Assembly: GCF_009914755.1 (NCBI RefSeq)
Contig: NC_060927.1
Source: the human T2T-CHM13v2.0 reference genome, Homo sapiens
Reading direction: 5' to 3' (one strand)
Length of the DNA: 64,000 nt
How positions within the stretch are numbered: the first letter of the stretch is position 1; every line of letters begins with the position of its first letter. Under the pieces are notes generated by a model that saw only the letters and a program-made list of their open reading frames with translations, ran no database searches and was not told where the DNA came from. Positions 38,521 to 52,542 of this stretch are shown here, piece by piece. The position numbers and the translations under genes are program-made.

Positions 38521-41500
38521 CAGAGACTTTTTTCCCTAAATAATAAACAAAAGTGATGAACCACTTATTTAATAATGTTTTACTAAGGATGTGAAGAGGA
38601 GAAGCAGAGACAAGTGAGACAGAATGCAAATATTACCAAGTGTGGGAAACCATCTGAGAGCAGGCACATTCCCAGAAGAGGGGTTCATGTCAGGGTTTAG
38701 TAACACTGTCCTCATGTTCGAGTTCCTGTGTAATCAGTCTACAGGTGCCATTGACCTGCTGTAAGAACTTGTTTTCCTTATCCAGTGTTTTTGTTTATGT
38801 TTTACCACCTTGTTTGTGATAGCTAGTCTTCCAAAAATTCTTCTGGGCGGTGCATTTAACCATTTCCTAAATTGCAGAATAAATATAAGACATTAAAAAA
38901 CTACATTTGGCCTCTGGGATATAAAATGAAGTTTTCAAAGAGTTAAAATCTTTGGGAGTACTGGAAAATTTCAAAACGGGAGGCACCTTCAGATGCAGAT
39001 TTCATACCCTTAGAAATGATAAAACTACCTTTCAATACAGCTTCCTATATTTCTCATCTCTACTCATTGCCTTCCTAAATTATCTTGTTCTTTTTCCCAT
39101 CTTTCCTCCCACTCTTCAATTAAGAAGAATGACTGTCAGGAAAAATGGAACACATGAAAAGTTATTGTTAAAATATTAATAGATGTCAGTATGACTCTCT
39201 AAGTTCATGCATTCCAGAGTTACCCCACTGGGCTACCATTGTGGGCAAGCTACAATGAGCATGACTCTCCATTCTCACTCAGTCCTTGAGGTGACACACC
39301 ATCTCTTAAGGCAGAAAGATGATTTTATCTTCAGATAGCAGATTATACTGATTTCCCAAGTGTATGTGACTATTTGTTTTATTTTTAATTTCCTCTTTCC
39401 TGTGCTTTTAGTCTCCTTCAAAAATTTATCTTGGACAAACATTCCATCTCTCCTTTCTCCTCAAAGCTAGAAAACTAGATCTTATAGTAAGCTGACTTCA
39501 GTTCTTAAAGAAAGGACAAAATGCCATAGAAAGCCGTAATATTCTTCCTATGACCTTAACTTATATTGCAACCCCTCCAGGGAGCTGTCAATTAAAAGCA
39601 TGGAATTTACACAAATCTAAGTCTCGGAAATCAGCCAGCAAGCTGCACCAAATATGTGGAAAAATCTATTAAATAGCTTTTTAACCTTTACTACTTACCA
39701 TGTTTGATTGTACAAATCTATATCCTCAGGAGACATAGGCAATGCTAATTGTGATTCATGTGAAGAAAAGAGCAAAAAGGTATTTCAACTGATATAAACA
39801 TTTTTCAGTATGAGGTTAGATACTTAATGTGGAATATACCAGAAGCTAGCATACTGGACTAGATCACTCAACCAATTCAGAAGCAGAAATCTACTACTCT
39901 GCTCATTTAGTAGCCCTAATAATCCACTTTTTTATCCCTGGTAATTCACTACCTCAATTATAACACAGCATTTTCTAAGTCTGTAATTCTAATACTATTG
40001 AATATTACTTTAAAAGCTAAAGCAATACAGTTCATGTAAGCTATTATTAACAGATGCTTTCTGTGAAAACAATGATGATCTTATTGGCTAAAAGTCTTTG
40101 TGATATATTTTTTCTAAAGCATTTTGAGGGATATTAAAGCATTAGAAACTTTTGGTTTTGGAGTTTGGTAGTGTTATCAAAGATAGCTTTGATTTTCTCA
40201 AATCAAGAGATCTTTTTGTTGTCATGACATTAAACTATTTGCAGAAAACAAATTTAATAATGTCACAATAACTGTGAGTTCTTTCTGAAGACAGACTTCA
40301 TTCTAAACTCCAAATTTTCCATTACTTCAGATGATTCAATTAAGATCCTTTGGGAAGCATTATGCCTGCCTTTCTGTTGATAATGTTTTTACGAATGCAG
40401 TACACTCTTCTTCTTGCTAAAATAGGTGAATTGTATTCATAATTTCAATACAACTTATGTGGTAAAATGCACAGGAAAGTGTAATTTTTCTCCATTTAAG
40501 TAGAACTGATACTCTGAAATAGTTAAACTTAGATTTTCATGCTCAGAAAATGTACAGAGCAATAGAATCTAAATATATTCATCTGTCCTTTGCATTACTT
40601 AGCCTGAATTAATATAACTAATATTTCAAATATAAGTTTCTACATCTCCAGTTAAGCTAGTTCCCAAATGAAGTCAACAGGATCAGAATCTAGACTAAAT
40701 TGAAGAAAATTTAGTTCTTTAGCAAGAATTAAATTGAGAAAATGAATCAGGGGAGAGGGGAGCAGAAGGAAAATCATACTTTGCTAGTTATTTTTATTGT
40801 ATTGACTAATTATCTGAGTGAAGGACTCTACTTATATGAGCACCTTAAGGACTCAGCCTCAAATCCTAATTAGAAGTATAATAGTAGGAAATAGTCAACT
40901 TTCGGAACTTCAGTTAACACAAATTATTAATTACATACATGTTTTTGAGCAAAATATATAGTATAAAGAAAAACATACTTAAACATTTCTCCTGTTTAGT
41001 CCTCCTTACTATGAAAATCTACTTTAAAACAAAATAGAGGCGATTGTTCTTTTTACACACAAAATCTAGATTTTTTTGGTTCATTGTATTCTTTCTGCCT
41101 ATCCCCCCCAAAGCACCCCCTTCCCACGCATACAGAGCATGAAGTATTTTTAAATGTTTTTTATTTAAGTTTATCACCACTTAAGGGCCTGTGCCTTACT
41201 TAGCATGTTGGCATAGACCCCATAGCCTGGCCAAAAATACTCATCATTTAGGAATGATGACTTGGTAACACAGGGGTTTCATTGTGGACAAGTATGTGGA
41301 ATCTCAGTCTCCTGCTCAGAAAAAAGAATGTGAGGATCATTGCCAAGGAAACCCTAAAGCCCAGTGCTTTTAGTGACATTTCAAATGTAAGTCTAGATCT
41401 GTGTACTTTTTTCCATCTATATTATATTCCATTAAAATGTTTTTAAAGCAAAAATAGCTTTTGGGGGGACAATTTTAAGAGGGGACAATTTTGGGGGAAC

Positions 41501-43554
41501 ACTAATCTCAAATCACCACAGTGCTCCCCTCTCACTACCCTGTAGCTGTATTCCCTAAAATTTCAAAGAATAGTATAGTAGATGCCTTAAAGTTCATTCC
41601 TGGATCTCAAGTTAAGAAATGCTAATGAGTGCAGTAGAATCTGCATATATTCTGATTTAAAATTCATGAGGCAACTCAAAAAATAAAAATAAGGTTTCAC
41701 AACTTCAGTCAATTCTGTTGCTTTTTGATCATTTCTAAATAAGATTTTTGCTTATAATTTAAAAATGGCCCCAAAAGGAATCCAAATGCTAGTGTTGATG
41801 CTGAAAGTAAAGAGAAAATAGAGATCTAACATTTTATTGCATTTTATTAGAGAAATTTTATGTGCGCTTATGAATTTGGGAAAACTGCCAGTCTTAGGAC
41901 ATGTTCCTTATGAAGATCAAAGATCTACTCTGTAGAAATTGTTATAATAAAAATTGAGTTTGCCCAAAGAGAGAAAACCAAGCGTCACTCAGTGCTTCTC
42001 ATGCACTGTGCTATTGAGGTAGTTCCTATCTTCCCATCTATAGAAACCTCAATTCAGTGATGAGGTCAAATGAAATTTCCTCCAAGAAGCTTTTACCAAT
42101 ATCCTCAATCTCATTGCTGGGATTCCTTTCTATACAGTCCCACAGCATTTGGTTTACCAACCCAAAACCTCACACTGATTTCATCTTGTTTCTTAAGGAA
42201 AAGGCCTCTGTATTTTACTTATACATTTTCTTCACAAAGCACACCTAAAACTTGCCCTGTAGCAGGTGTCCAATAAATATTTGATGCATGATTGAATGAT
42301 TCGATGATTTTTGAGATAGGCCTTAAAGGAAACATAGGAATCTGAACAGAGTAGATGGGGCCAAGGAACCATAAAATTAGGTAGAGATGGGGTAAAGCCT
42401 AAACTAATTGGGAGAAACTGTGACGTATCCAGCCCCATAGATCATTTCATGCTTGTAGAATAACAAACTATCAGGCTAAGGTAAATTAAGAAGGTAATTT
42501 TCTGCACAGCAATGTAAATATCGATAGTGTATTTTTAAAACTTTATTGTTTGTGTAATTCTTTTCTATGACATAATATGGATTATTATATTGGCTTATTG
42601 TTTAATAAAAAGATAAATATTTAGAGCATTAAATTATATCAAACTTGGAAGTAAAATAAAGAGTACCTATCTTAAAACATAATCCTGGGTACTACTAGTA
42701 GTTTATAATTTAGTAACATGGGCATTTTCCCTCTGAAGATTATTCCACAGTGGCAAGTGGTGGGGGGAGGAGGAAGGAATAATTACTATTTATCTTATTT
42801 GTAGGCCTCACTCAATTATATCTACATTATAATGTATAACACTTGAGAAAGGCAATGCAGAAAATGAATTTTGAATAAACATATCCCTACTTCAGATGCA
42901 GCAGACCCAAATTGGCCTCTAACTACCCCCATTTGTTGAAGGAAAATTAACAAAGAAAAAGAAACGAGAAAAAGCCCTTCTTTCTATTTCACAAAATGAC
43001 ATTAGATTTCATCAGGTAACTTCTCTAACTCAGCATCCCTTCCAAATTACTTGGCAGTTATAGCCCTTTGTATCTCACACACACACACATGCACAAATGC
43101 ACACACAGAGAACTTACTTTATATACCTCATGACCTTGATGAGAATCTTAAACTCTTGTTTATACAATAAAGTATGGGAGAAGCTGAGAGATAAGATAAC
43201 TCCATGTGATTGAATCATAAAATCTCAGGTTTGAAAAAAATACCTTTTTCACTCTATCAGTAGAACTATGATATTTTATCAGTCTTTGTCATTTTTGTAA
43301 AAAGATTGGGAATCCACTTCCTGAAGTCAGGAATTAATCCCTCATTGTGATTTAATATGTTTCTGTGTGGCAAACAAATTTGATAATAACCAGATACTAT
43401 CATGTATCATTCTGCTTCTATCCCTTAGCTTGTGTTCACTGATTATTTAGTCCTATGCTAAGATTCTATTTTTCCAAAAATTCCTTTATTGGAAACCCAG
43501 TTTAATCACATGTGAGAAACCAATGGCTGAAGGTTTAAACAAGTGATTCTGATT

Positions 43555-43762
43555 TGCATAAGGTTTGGTGGGCAATTTTGCCTCCCAATGGGTATTTGTC
43601 ATGCCTGGAGACTTTTTGGCTGTCATAACTGGGGGAAGAGTGGTGCTGTCATCTAATGGGTAGAGGCAAGGCTACTGCTAAACATCCTGTAATATACACA
43701 GCAAAGCACTCTCACGATAAAGACTTATTTGGTCCAATAGTGACCAGGTTGAGAAACACCGC
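43555..43762. mobile_element. MER20 DNA transposon
   Basis: ggcaattttgcctccc...ctggagactttttggctgtcataactgggg...aggttgagaaac. Confidence 0.8.
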
Positions 43763-45168
43763 TATAAACTAGTGTTACAAAATATTTGCATTTTCTTTAG
43801 AGTTGTACATATCCTAATTCATTAGTGAAACAAATAGGAGCATTAGCATGTCTGTCAAAATTAGTAAAAAAATATGAAAGTAATTTCTAAGGATAAACTT
43901 CTCATTTCTATCTGCCTCCTCAGGGACAGTTCATTTGTTCAAATAAGTCTCTGTAAAATTTTTGTGAAACCGGCATTTAGTTCTTATAAGTTCTGAGTCC
44001 ATTGTAGTTGCAGTTAACCCTTTTATGACACTTAGCAGAGCTAGAGCTCAAAACTTCTTTTACGGATGATGATGCTATTAATGTATTGGTTCAATAAATA
44101 ATAATTAACCAGGCTAAATTACAGCATGTGAAAATAGACTGTCTAATTCTCATTCTATTTTCTGTATTATTTGATGTTCTTCTGCTTGAAATGTGGTAGC
44201 AGATTCTGAATTTTAATCTACCTCAATTCAAATGTCTATATGTCAGGAATGCAAAGAGAATGATTCCTCTGAATTTGGCAGTTAGTTTTATGGAAAAAAG
44301 CATTTGTCACCAAAATGGCCAAAATTACATTTTTATTATTTCAATTAGAAATAAAATGTTTACCTAACTTCAAAACATTACCAGAGTCTGTTTTCAGTGC
44401 CTCTTTTAAATCATTTTCTATACAAAACATATTACTGTAACTAGCTTATATTTTATCGTCACTTGCCTGAGATTCTATATATCAGAATTACTTCTTTAAG
44501 AGATTTTTCTTTTCCTGTGCTCACCGCATTGAATTTCCATTAATACTTCTATGTAACCTTTGTAATTCTATTGTTCTTTACCTTTGGTTAATAACCTTTT
44601 ATTTAAAAATGCCTAAATAATTACACACTGCTTCTCAAGTATGACACATTTTATATCGTATTGTATGTTAAGACATTTTAATAGCAACAGTAATAATAAG
44701 TCATAAAATGTCTTAAATTTATAAACACATTTAATACAGAAGGTTCTAGTCCAATTTAAAGTTTCTTTTGACCTGTGCTTATACACACAGCCATAACACA
44801 TACAGAACACACTTATACATTCCCACATTGGTTTACACTTGACATTTAGCCTCTTTCAGGAAGGATGTCACAGGCATTCTCTATGTCCAGTAGTGCCCGA
44901 TAATCTCTAGGCTACAAAACCATGAATAATTTAACTAACAAATATTACAGGGAGAAAATTGCAAGGGAATTCTAGTAAGCTAAACTCAATTTTTAGACTT
45001 GGCAATTCAAAGATAAAAAGCTGTTTCTTCTATGAAAAATGTAAACAGAATCATTCGAGTTGACAGGTACTTTGGGTCTCACTGGCACTTCATCTCAAAG
45101 ATTAAGATATCACTAGAAATTAGGACGTAATTTATCACCAAATCACCATGGTCTTTGTAGCGACTTTA

Positions 45169-45182
45169 TCCCTAGGGGGCGC
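45169..45182 (+). promoter_or_regulatory. Candidate CTCF site
   Basis: TCCCTAGGGGGCGC matches the CTCF core CCASYAGRKGGCRS with two mismatches; CpGs are retained in AT-rich surroundings. Confidence 0.55.
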
Positions 45183-48090
45183 GAGATGTTAGCTCTCCCA
45201 CAGATGCAAGCCTTCAGTCCTTCTGTCAGATGAACTTGGGAGTCAGTATACTCTCACAAGAAGAGAGAAGTTGATTATTATAGCAAACTTGAAAATTGAT
45301 TCTAAAATAAGCACGATTATGGCTTCTAACATGCCATCCAACTTACTGCCACTCATTCTGCCCTAGGCCTTATGTCTGTAATTGTTGGCTTTTTACCTAC
45401 TGCCCTCTGTCTAGTGTGGTATCTTATTTCTTTGTGTTCGTCCTGCTCTTCAAAGTTCTTTCCTGGCTGAGGATTTGGATTTGGATTTGGAGCTGTCATT
45501 AAAAGACACCATTCATGAATTTCCAATACTTGAATAAACAACTTTTACTTTACGGTCATCACAAGTGAAGAAAGGGACATTTCATGATATCATTTGCAAA
45601 TTAGGGAGCACAAGTAATCAATCTTTAATTTCTCTTTAAAGGGAAGGGAAAATGTTCTCTCTTGTCATTCCATCTGTGAATTCCTATAAAATGTGTTTGC
45701 TGTTTGTTTCTCCTCAAGACAGAGCTTGCCACCCAAAATCAAAATCCAAGTTCTCTACACATCCAAGATAAGATATGAATGGCTTTAGAGTATGTGGCAG
45801 AAATGAGAATTCTCAAAATTCCAGTGTTGTCAACTGCTCTCTGATTTTCCAAAATGTTAGTTTGATAACCAAAATGGAAAGAACTCCAGAGTCATTTTAG
45901 TAGGTGCCCATTAGATGCTAGGCGTTGTTTCTGGAGATACAAAGCTTAAAAATACATGATCTCTTCCCTGTTCTGATTGTGCTTTCATCATGCCAATACA
46001 CTATGTATTTGAAATTCATAGAGCTTTAAGACTCATTATAAAATATTATGTATATGTAGCACATTAAAGTTCTATAGAGAAGAGAAAAGAAAAATGGTCT
46101 GTGAGAAAGGGCAAAGCATTAAATTCTTGGAAAAGGAATTTTCTTATTTCCCTTTACCTGGCAAAGGATTCACTTCATTGGTACCTAAGCTCTGTAAACT
46201 GTTTTCACTCCTTGGCCAATCATGAAAACACTGTTAGTTGCCAAAGGAAGGTATGATTTCAAATAATAGGAGACAATTACAGGTGCATGCCCTGACATAA
46301 ATTAAGGTATAGAGATGGATCCTCTCAAAATTATTACATATTCAAGTGCCTTGTTATAAGCTGATGAAAAAACAAAATATGAAATTACAAAATGGTTTCC
46401 TTGGCTTTGCAGACCTCTACCTGTGAAGTGTATGAACAAGACTTAATACACACAGCAGAAATTCCACATTTAGGAGCCAAATATCACAGAGAACAAGTAA
46501 TGTCATGTGCAATAAAGCAATTTCCTAAATGTTATTAGTCTGCATGTCTGCAGCCACCTGTCTAAAGCTCCTTTATTTTTATTTTAACAAAGTTGAATAA
46601 AAAAATTTCTTCATTTACAGTCTTATGCTTGGTTTGATGTTAAAAGGGATTATAATTGCAGTATAGAGAACACAAAACAATTTTAAAATTATAGAGATAA
46701 ATTTTTATTATGAGACTGAACATATGATAAGCAATTTGAAGTAAACCTCATGTCTCAAGTAGTAAATGAAAATGCATTCTCACTTTGCATATTTGGTATT
46801 CTGTCTTAACAATGTTAAAAATGCTGAAAACTAGTTGTTATGTTGCATATTTACATGAAGTGTGTGTTCTTTGTTATGTTTCTGTTCACTGGGGCAAAAT
46901 TCTTAACCTTAAATGAAATTTTGGTATACATGGTGATTGATAGATAACAGTCGAAAGATGGTATCCTCCCAGTCCTGTTTCTTCAGAAAGTCAGAAGATG
47001 GTTTTATTTATGTGTTGCAGATTGCCGTCGCTTTGCATTTTAGCACCACCTGGTGGACAAAATATCATTTGTTTTTTTCTCTACTGTTTAAAGTAGCCCC
47101 TTCACACTCTATACCCGATTATGATACACCTTAATAGACATTCAGCTGTGTAAGTTCTAAATTTTAAAGATTGTTGTAAATAAACTAAGGTTAAAAAATT
47201 GAAATGTTTCCCAAGTACTATAACCAATTTAAATGCCTGGGTTTTTTTAACCTTCATAAATATATCCAGATTTGAATAATGCTTTTCATTCATATGCAAA
47301 AATTGCTTCTTTCCACATTTTAATTTTTTATTGTTTATATTTTTTCTTAATATAGAATTAAATAAGATGAGGCAGTTTTCTGTATGTACAAAATTGTGGT
47401 TTAAATTATATTGTCTTCCAAAAATTCACATAATCACTTTGTAAATAGCACTTTATGAAGCATGTTCATACTATAAATTCTTACTATGCTAATATTTTAT
47501 ACAAAATTAAATTAGTATTTTAATTTATACTACTACAAAATAAGCCACTTTCCCCTTATAAATAAAATTCAGTTGTGGTCTTATGTGTATTAATTCTCAG
47601 TTTTTAATAGTTTTTTGAATTTTACAGAAGAAAAATTTGATAATATTTTCAAATGAAAAACACAAATATAGTTAAAGCTAGTTTTGAGAATTTTAATCAT
47701 GTTAGTCTTTGTGTAGTCCCACATTTCTATAAAATATGGTGGAAATTATTTCTATGAAATACAGTAAAGAAGATAATTCATCTGCAGATTCCACGATGTT
47801 CCTTTGGAATACACCACTTACCTGTTCTCTAGTAAAATTGGAGATCTGCAAATTTTGATTGTGTGATAGTCAAGGATTCAAACATTCAGTAGCTAAATAG
47901 AAAGGTGGTAATTTTTAAATGGAAAATATATTCTAGTCTCATACCTTTTGTATACCATTTAAAATAAAACTATAGCAGATGACAACCTTCATCGACATGC
48001 ATCTTGAAGTTATTTGTCATTTCAAGAAAGCATTTAAAATTTTGTTCTCTCTCTCTTTCTCTCTTCTTCCTTTTTTTTTTTCCCCCAAAG

Positions 48091-48191
48091 GCCTTGGATG
48101 GTATACTGTAAATTCAGCATATGGAGATACCATTATCATACCTTGCCGACTTGACGTACCTCAGAATCTCATGTTTGGCAAATGGAAATAT
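48091..48191 (+). CDS. ALCAM: ALCAM exon 2 (G25-Y58: end of signal peptide, start of Ig V1 domain)
   Basis: Polypyrimidine tract + ccaaag| acceptor; |gtaagt donor; translates (G)LGWYTVNSAYGDTIIIPCRLDVPQNLMFGKWKY, recognised as human CD166; 101 nt. Confidence 0.98.
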
Positions 48192-49043
48192 GTAAGTGTG
48201 ACCTACCTGGGACTTGGTTAATTGCCCTTGTTCTTTTAAATAAAATTCTTTCTGTGAGTAACTGTGAATTTCAAATTAACCTAAATGCAATATTAAACTG
48301 TGAGTACAAATGTAGGAAGGTAAAATTGTGTGGAATATGGCAAAAAAATAATTCCTATCTTACATAACAAATGATATTTTAAAATAAAGCCAATAAACAC
48401 ATAGTTCTTAGAATGTATTAGTCTGAAAGATTCCACCTTAAGTGTTAGAGGCAAAGAAAAAAGCAGAGTTCCAGAATAAATCAGTGGATTATAGGACAGA
48501 CCTCAGTGGAGGATGGCAACCTTTCTTCATTTGTTCATGTTCTACTTGATGTGGTTATTGCAAAGACAAGATATATCAGTAGATAGAGCCTTAGACAGTC
48601 TTTCGGAATTAATCATCAGTATTACAAGCTTGATTCTGGCATTTAGCCTTAAAAATGTGTTGATGCTATAGGTCTTTTTTATATTTAACGGTGTTGATTT
48701 TTTCCCATATTTCTTGCAGATAGTAAAATCAAATTTTCTCAGGTATGAAGGTACAAGTGGGTCTGAAAATGGAGGGTAGAGATCCTGGTAGGGAGATGTG
48801 GAATGGCTATGTAACTTTGAGTAATAAAATGTCTCAATTTAATTAATCAATATTAATGCAAAGTGTTTGTGTGGTACAATTTCCCAATGCTGGACCACAG
48901 GAGACTCATGACAGTCTGCAAGCTTCAAGTAGATATGTTTCCCTGGACACAATATCAAAATTTCCCTAGCTCCTTGAAATGTTAAAAGGTATTTGCAAAG
49001 GAAAAGAATTTGATGGTCAAATACTTTACAAAAAGTTTATTGC

Positions 49044-49357
<314 letters not shown>

Positions 49358-50207
49358 GTTTATTGCATCACTTCTCGGAGTCTTTCATATGTAAAATGCA
49401 TTAAGAATTGTCTGAGGGTCATAGTTTGATTCATTGCTTAGATTTATTTGACCACACAACTTTTTTCCTCAGATATCTCCAAGAACAAACATTCTGCAGA
49501 ACACACTGTAAGAAATGTGCTTAAGCTTGCACTCAAGGGGTGGTTTAACACAGTCTTTTAAAATATAGGTTCTGAAATCAACAGGTTCCACAATGTGCTC
49601 ACTGTGAGATTCTGGGCAGAGGAATTAATCCCTATTTTTTCATCCATAAAATGAGATAAAAATATCTTCCTCATAGTGTTGTTGTCAGAGTACCCGAAGA
49701 AATTGATATCAAAATACTTACCTAGTACTTGTCGTGTAGTAATCATTCAACAAAGTGAACTCGTGTCTGTGATGCTGCAGAATCCTAACCATACTATGCT
49801 CGTGTGAGTGGGAAATGAAAGGAAAGGAAAGGAAGGTGGTAAGGCAGCACAGCATTTCTCTGTAGCCTCCTTCTATTTAGTATCCAGTTCACTCGAGGTA
49901 ACTTTGAACTATTTCTGGTTTCCTATAAATGTGGAAATGTGAAGTTAAGGCCTCTGAGGACAGAGTCTATTAGTGCCAACAAAATTCCAAGTGCCTGGGA
50001 GACTACCACACAATGCACTTGTTCAATCAAATTTGCTGCCAAAACAAATGGAGTCAGGTGATGGCAAACTTTGATGATCATAGAAAATTCTAACTATAAC
50101 CCAGGGAGTAGCATTCACCCAGGGAGCAGCACAGTTAGTGAAATGTGGGAGTTAGTAAACCCAGGGAGTAACACAGTTCAGTAAACTGAACTGGCACAGT
50201 GGCACTG

Positions 50208-50428
50208 GAAATCAAACAATAATGGCAATTTTCAAATTTTTAGTTCAGCAAAAGTCTTCAGCAATAAACTGAAATATATTTGAGGCACTATATGCTCTAA
50301 AGTCAATCTTGATTTGCAGAAATCAAACAATAATGGCAATTTTCAAATTTTTAGTTAAGCAAAAGGCTTCAGCAATAAACTGAGATACATTTGAGGCACT
50401 ATATGCTCTAAAGTCAATCTTGATTGCA
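50208..50428 (+). repeat. Tandem duplication, 111/110-bp units
   Basis: Units start at 50208 and 50319; 4 substitutions and 1 indel between them. Confidence 0.95.
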
Positions 50429-50882
50429 GAAATGCTAAAATAGAGCATTTGCAATGCTCTAATTTAATGTAACCACCTAAAAGACAAAGGAAAGTTTTGG
50501 AAAAATGAGCCGAAGTAAACATAGAGAAGAAATGGCCTGATTTCTCCTGGATCATATTGTAAACTCCCTGTGAATGGAGATTACAGCTCCCTATTCACTC
50601 CTCCCAACCCTACTCCTGACACCTCCTCACCATTATCTGCCATAGTGCCTGGTGCAGAAGAGGGATTGAAGGCTATCAAGAGTGGTACAGTGTAACCATA
50701 ATGAGGCCAAGCTCTAAGCTCAAATTTTTGCTCTGCTAAGATTTCCCAGCCAAGACCTTGGAAAGTTACTTAACCAAACTCAACCTCCATGGTCTAGTCT
50801 GTAGATGAGGCTAATATTTAAGTTTAACTTATAAGGCTGTTATGAATATTAAAACCAATTACTGCATAGAAAGCCCAAAGAA

Positions 50883-51244
<362 letters not shown>

Positions 51245-51711
51245 CTATTATTTATTGAATAAGGGGATGATGAATAAGGTAGTGGTCTAACATACTTTGC
51301 ATAATGAAGGAATGACTTAAGAAGAGGATTTGCGTTGTAAACCTGTGATTAAAACAGTTAAGAAGAATATTGTTGATGTATTCAGATATTTAAGCAAATA
51401 AAACTTTTGGACTCCAATATTAACTTAGTAATTGATATTATTAATTCTTAAAACTGAATCCTCCATAGAATCCTAAAATTTGTCATGGACTATAACATAT
51501 ATCACATTTAATTTTCTCAAAGGTCTTGTAGGGTACATAAAGGAGGGACTGCCCCTGATTTTACATTAAATTGCTTATTAGGTGAGAGAATTTTTGTGGG
51601 ACCAGAGGAAGAAATGCGTTATATGTCTCAGTGCTCTTGGCATAATTGTGTATGCAGAGTACATCTTATTTTGGTGATGTTTTTGTATGAAAGACTTTTG
51701 AGCTCATTGTT

Positions 51712-51758
51712 ATGACTCAGCAAAACTATGGGTTGTATTAGTTAATCTGACTCATTCC
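51712..51758 (+). promoter_or_regulatory. Candidate NRF2/MAF ARE plus AP-1/TEAD motif
   Basis: ATGACTCAGCAAAA at 51712-51725 and TGACTCATTCC at 51748-51758. Confidence 0.4.
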
Positions 51759-52314
51759 TTAATGGACATAATTATTTTACAAGGGTAAATACTGTTTCTC
51801 CATCAAGACTGGTTAAACTATTCCATGTATAAAGGTCAGCTACATCAGTTTTGGTTAGAGGTGTGGACATTTAAAATAGGTGGATTAAAATAAAGAATAT
51901 TCCAAAGATAATTGCCCAAAATATCCAAACCAGTATTTGCAGCTCAAGTGTATACCTGCCGTGATGGTTATCTGAACATCATTTTGTACCTTTGTTTGCA
52001 TTTATTTATGTTTTATTTTATATTAAACATATGCAGCCCATGTAAGTTTCAAAACAGTTAATAATTCTATCTTCTCAATGAAAAAAAAATCTGATTCCTA
52101 GAGCTCTACCCTTTCATTTTTACTCATTATGGCTTCTCTCTTATGAAGGATTTTCTGTAATCAAATATTTACGTGAGACTTGTATAAAAATTATTCTTCG
52201 TAGACAAAAAATATAGATATTGGTAGAATATGGCCAAGGAAATGTTATTTTGAATGTAATCCTGAAACATCTGAATATGCTTGTGTTTAAATGTATTATT
52301 ATTTTAATTTTTAG

Positions 52315-52534
52315 GAAAAGCCCGATGGCTCCCCAGTATTTATTGCCTTCAGATCCTCTACAAAGAAAAGTGTGCAGTACGACGATGTACCAGAATACAA
52401 AGACAGATTGAACCTCTCAGAAAACTACACTTTGTCTATCAGTAATGCAAGGATCAGTGATGAAAAGAGATTTGTGTGCATGCTAGTAACTGAGGACAAC
52501 GTGTTTGAGGCACCTACAATAGTCAAGGTGTTCA
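52315..52534 (+). CDS. ALCAM: ALCAM exon 3 (rest of Ig V1 domain)
   Basis: tttttag| acceptor, |gtaagt donor; EKPDGSPVFIAFRSSTKKSVQYDDVPEYKDRLNLSENYTLSISNARISDEKRFVCMLVTEDNVFEAPTIVKVF; in frame with exon 2; NLS and NYT sequons; 220 nt. Confidence 0.98.
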
Positions 52535-52542
52535 GTAAGTAG
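52535..52542 (+). CDS. ALCAM: Intron-3 read-through end of the soluble ALCAM isoform (...VKVFSK*)
   Basis: TTC AGT AAG TAG across the exon 3 donor gives a 133-aa single-Ig product, matching the known sALCAM isoform as I recall it; AATAAA at 52961 and 53412. Confidence 0.75.

Noticed and set aside
41461-41500. ggggacaatttt x2 short repeat
   Set aside because: Ordinary micro-duplication, too short to interpret.
47979-48090. ATG-initiated ORF running into exon 2
   Set aside because: It reads through the polypyrimidine tract; no promoter evidence, so probably a chance open frame.
50099-50433. Repeat-spacer-like pattern suggestive of a CRISPR array
   Set aside because: Human intron, irregular spacing, non-unique spacers and no cas genes.
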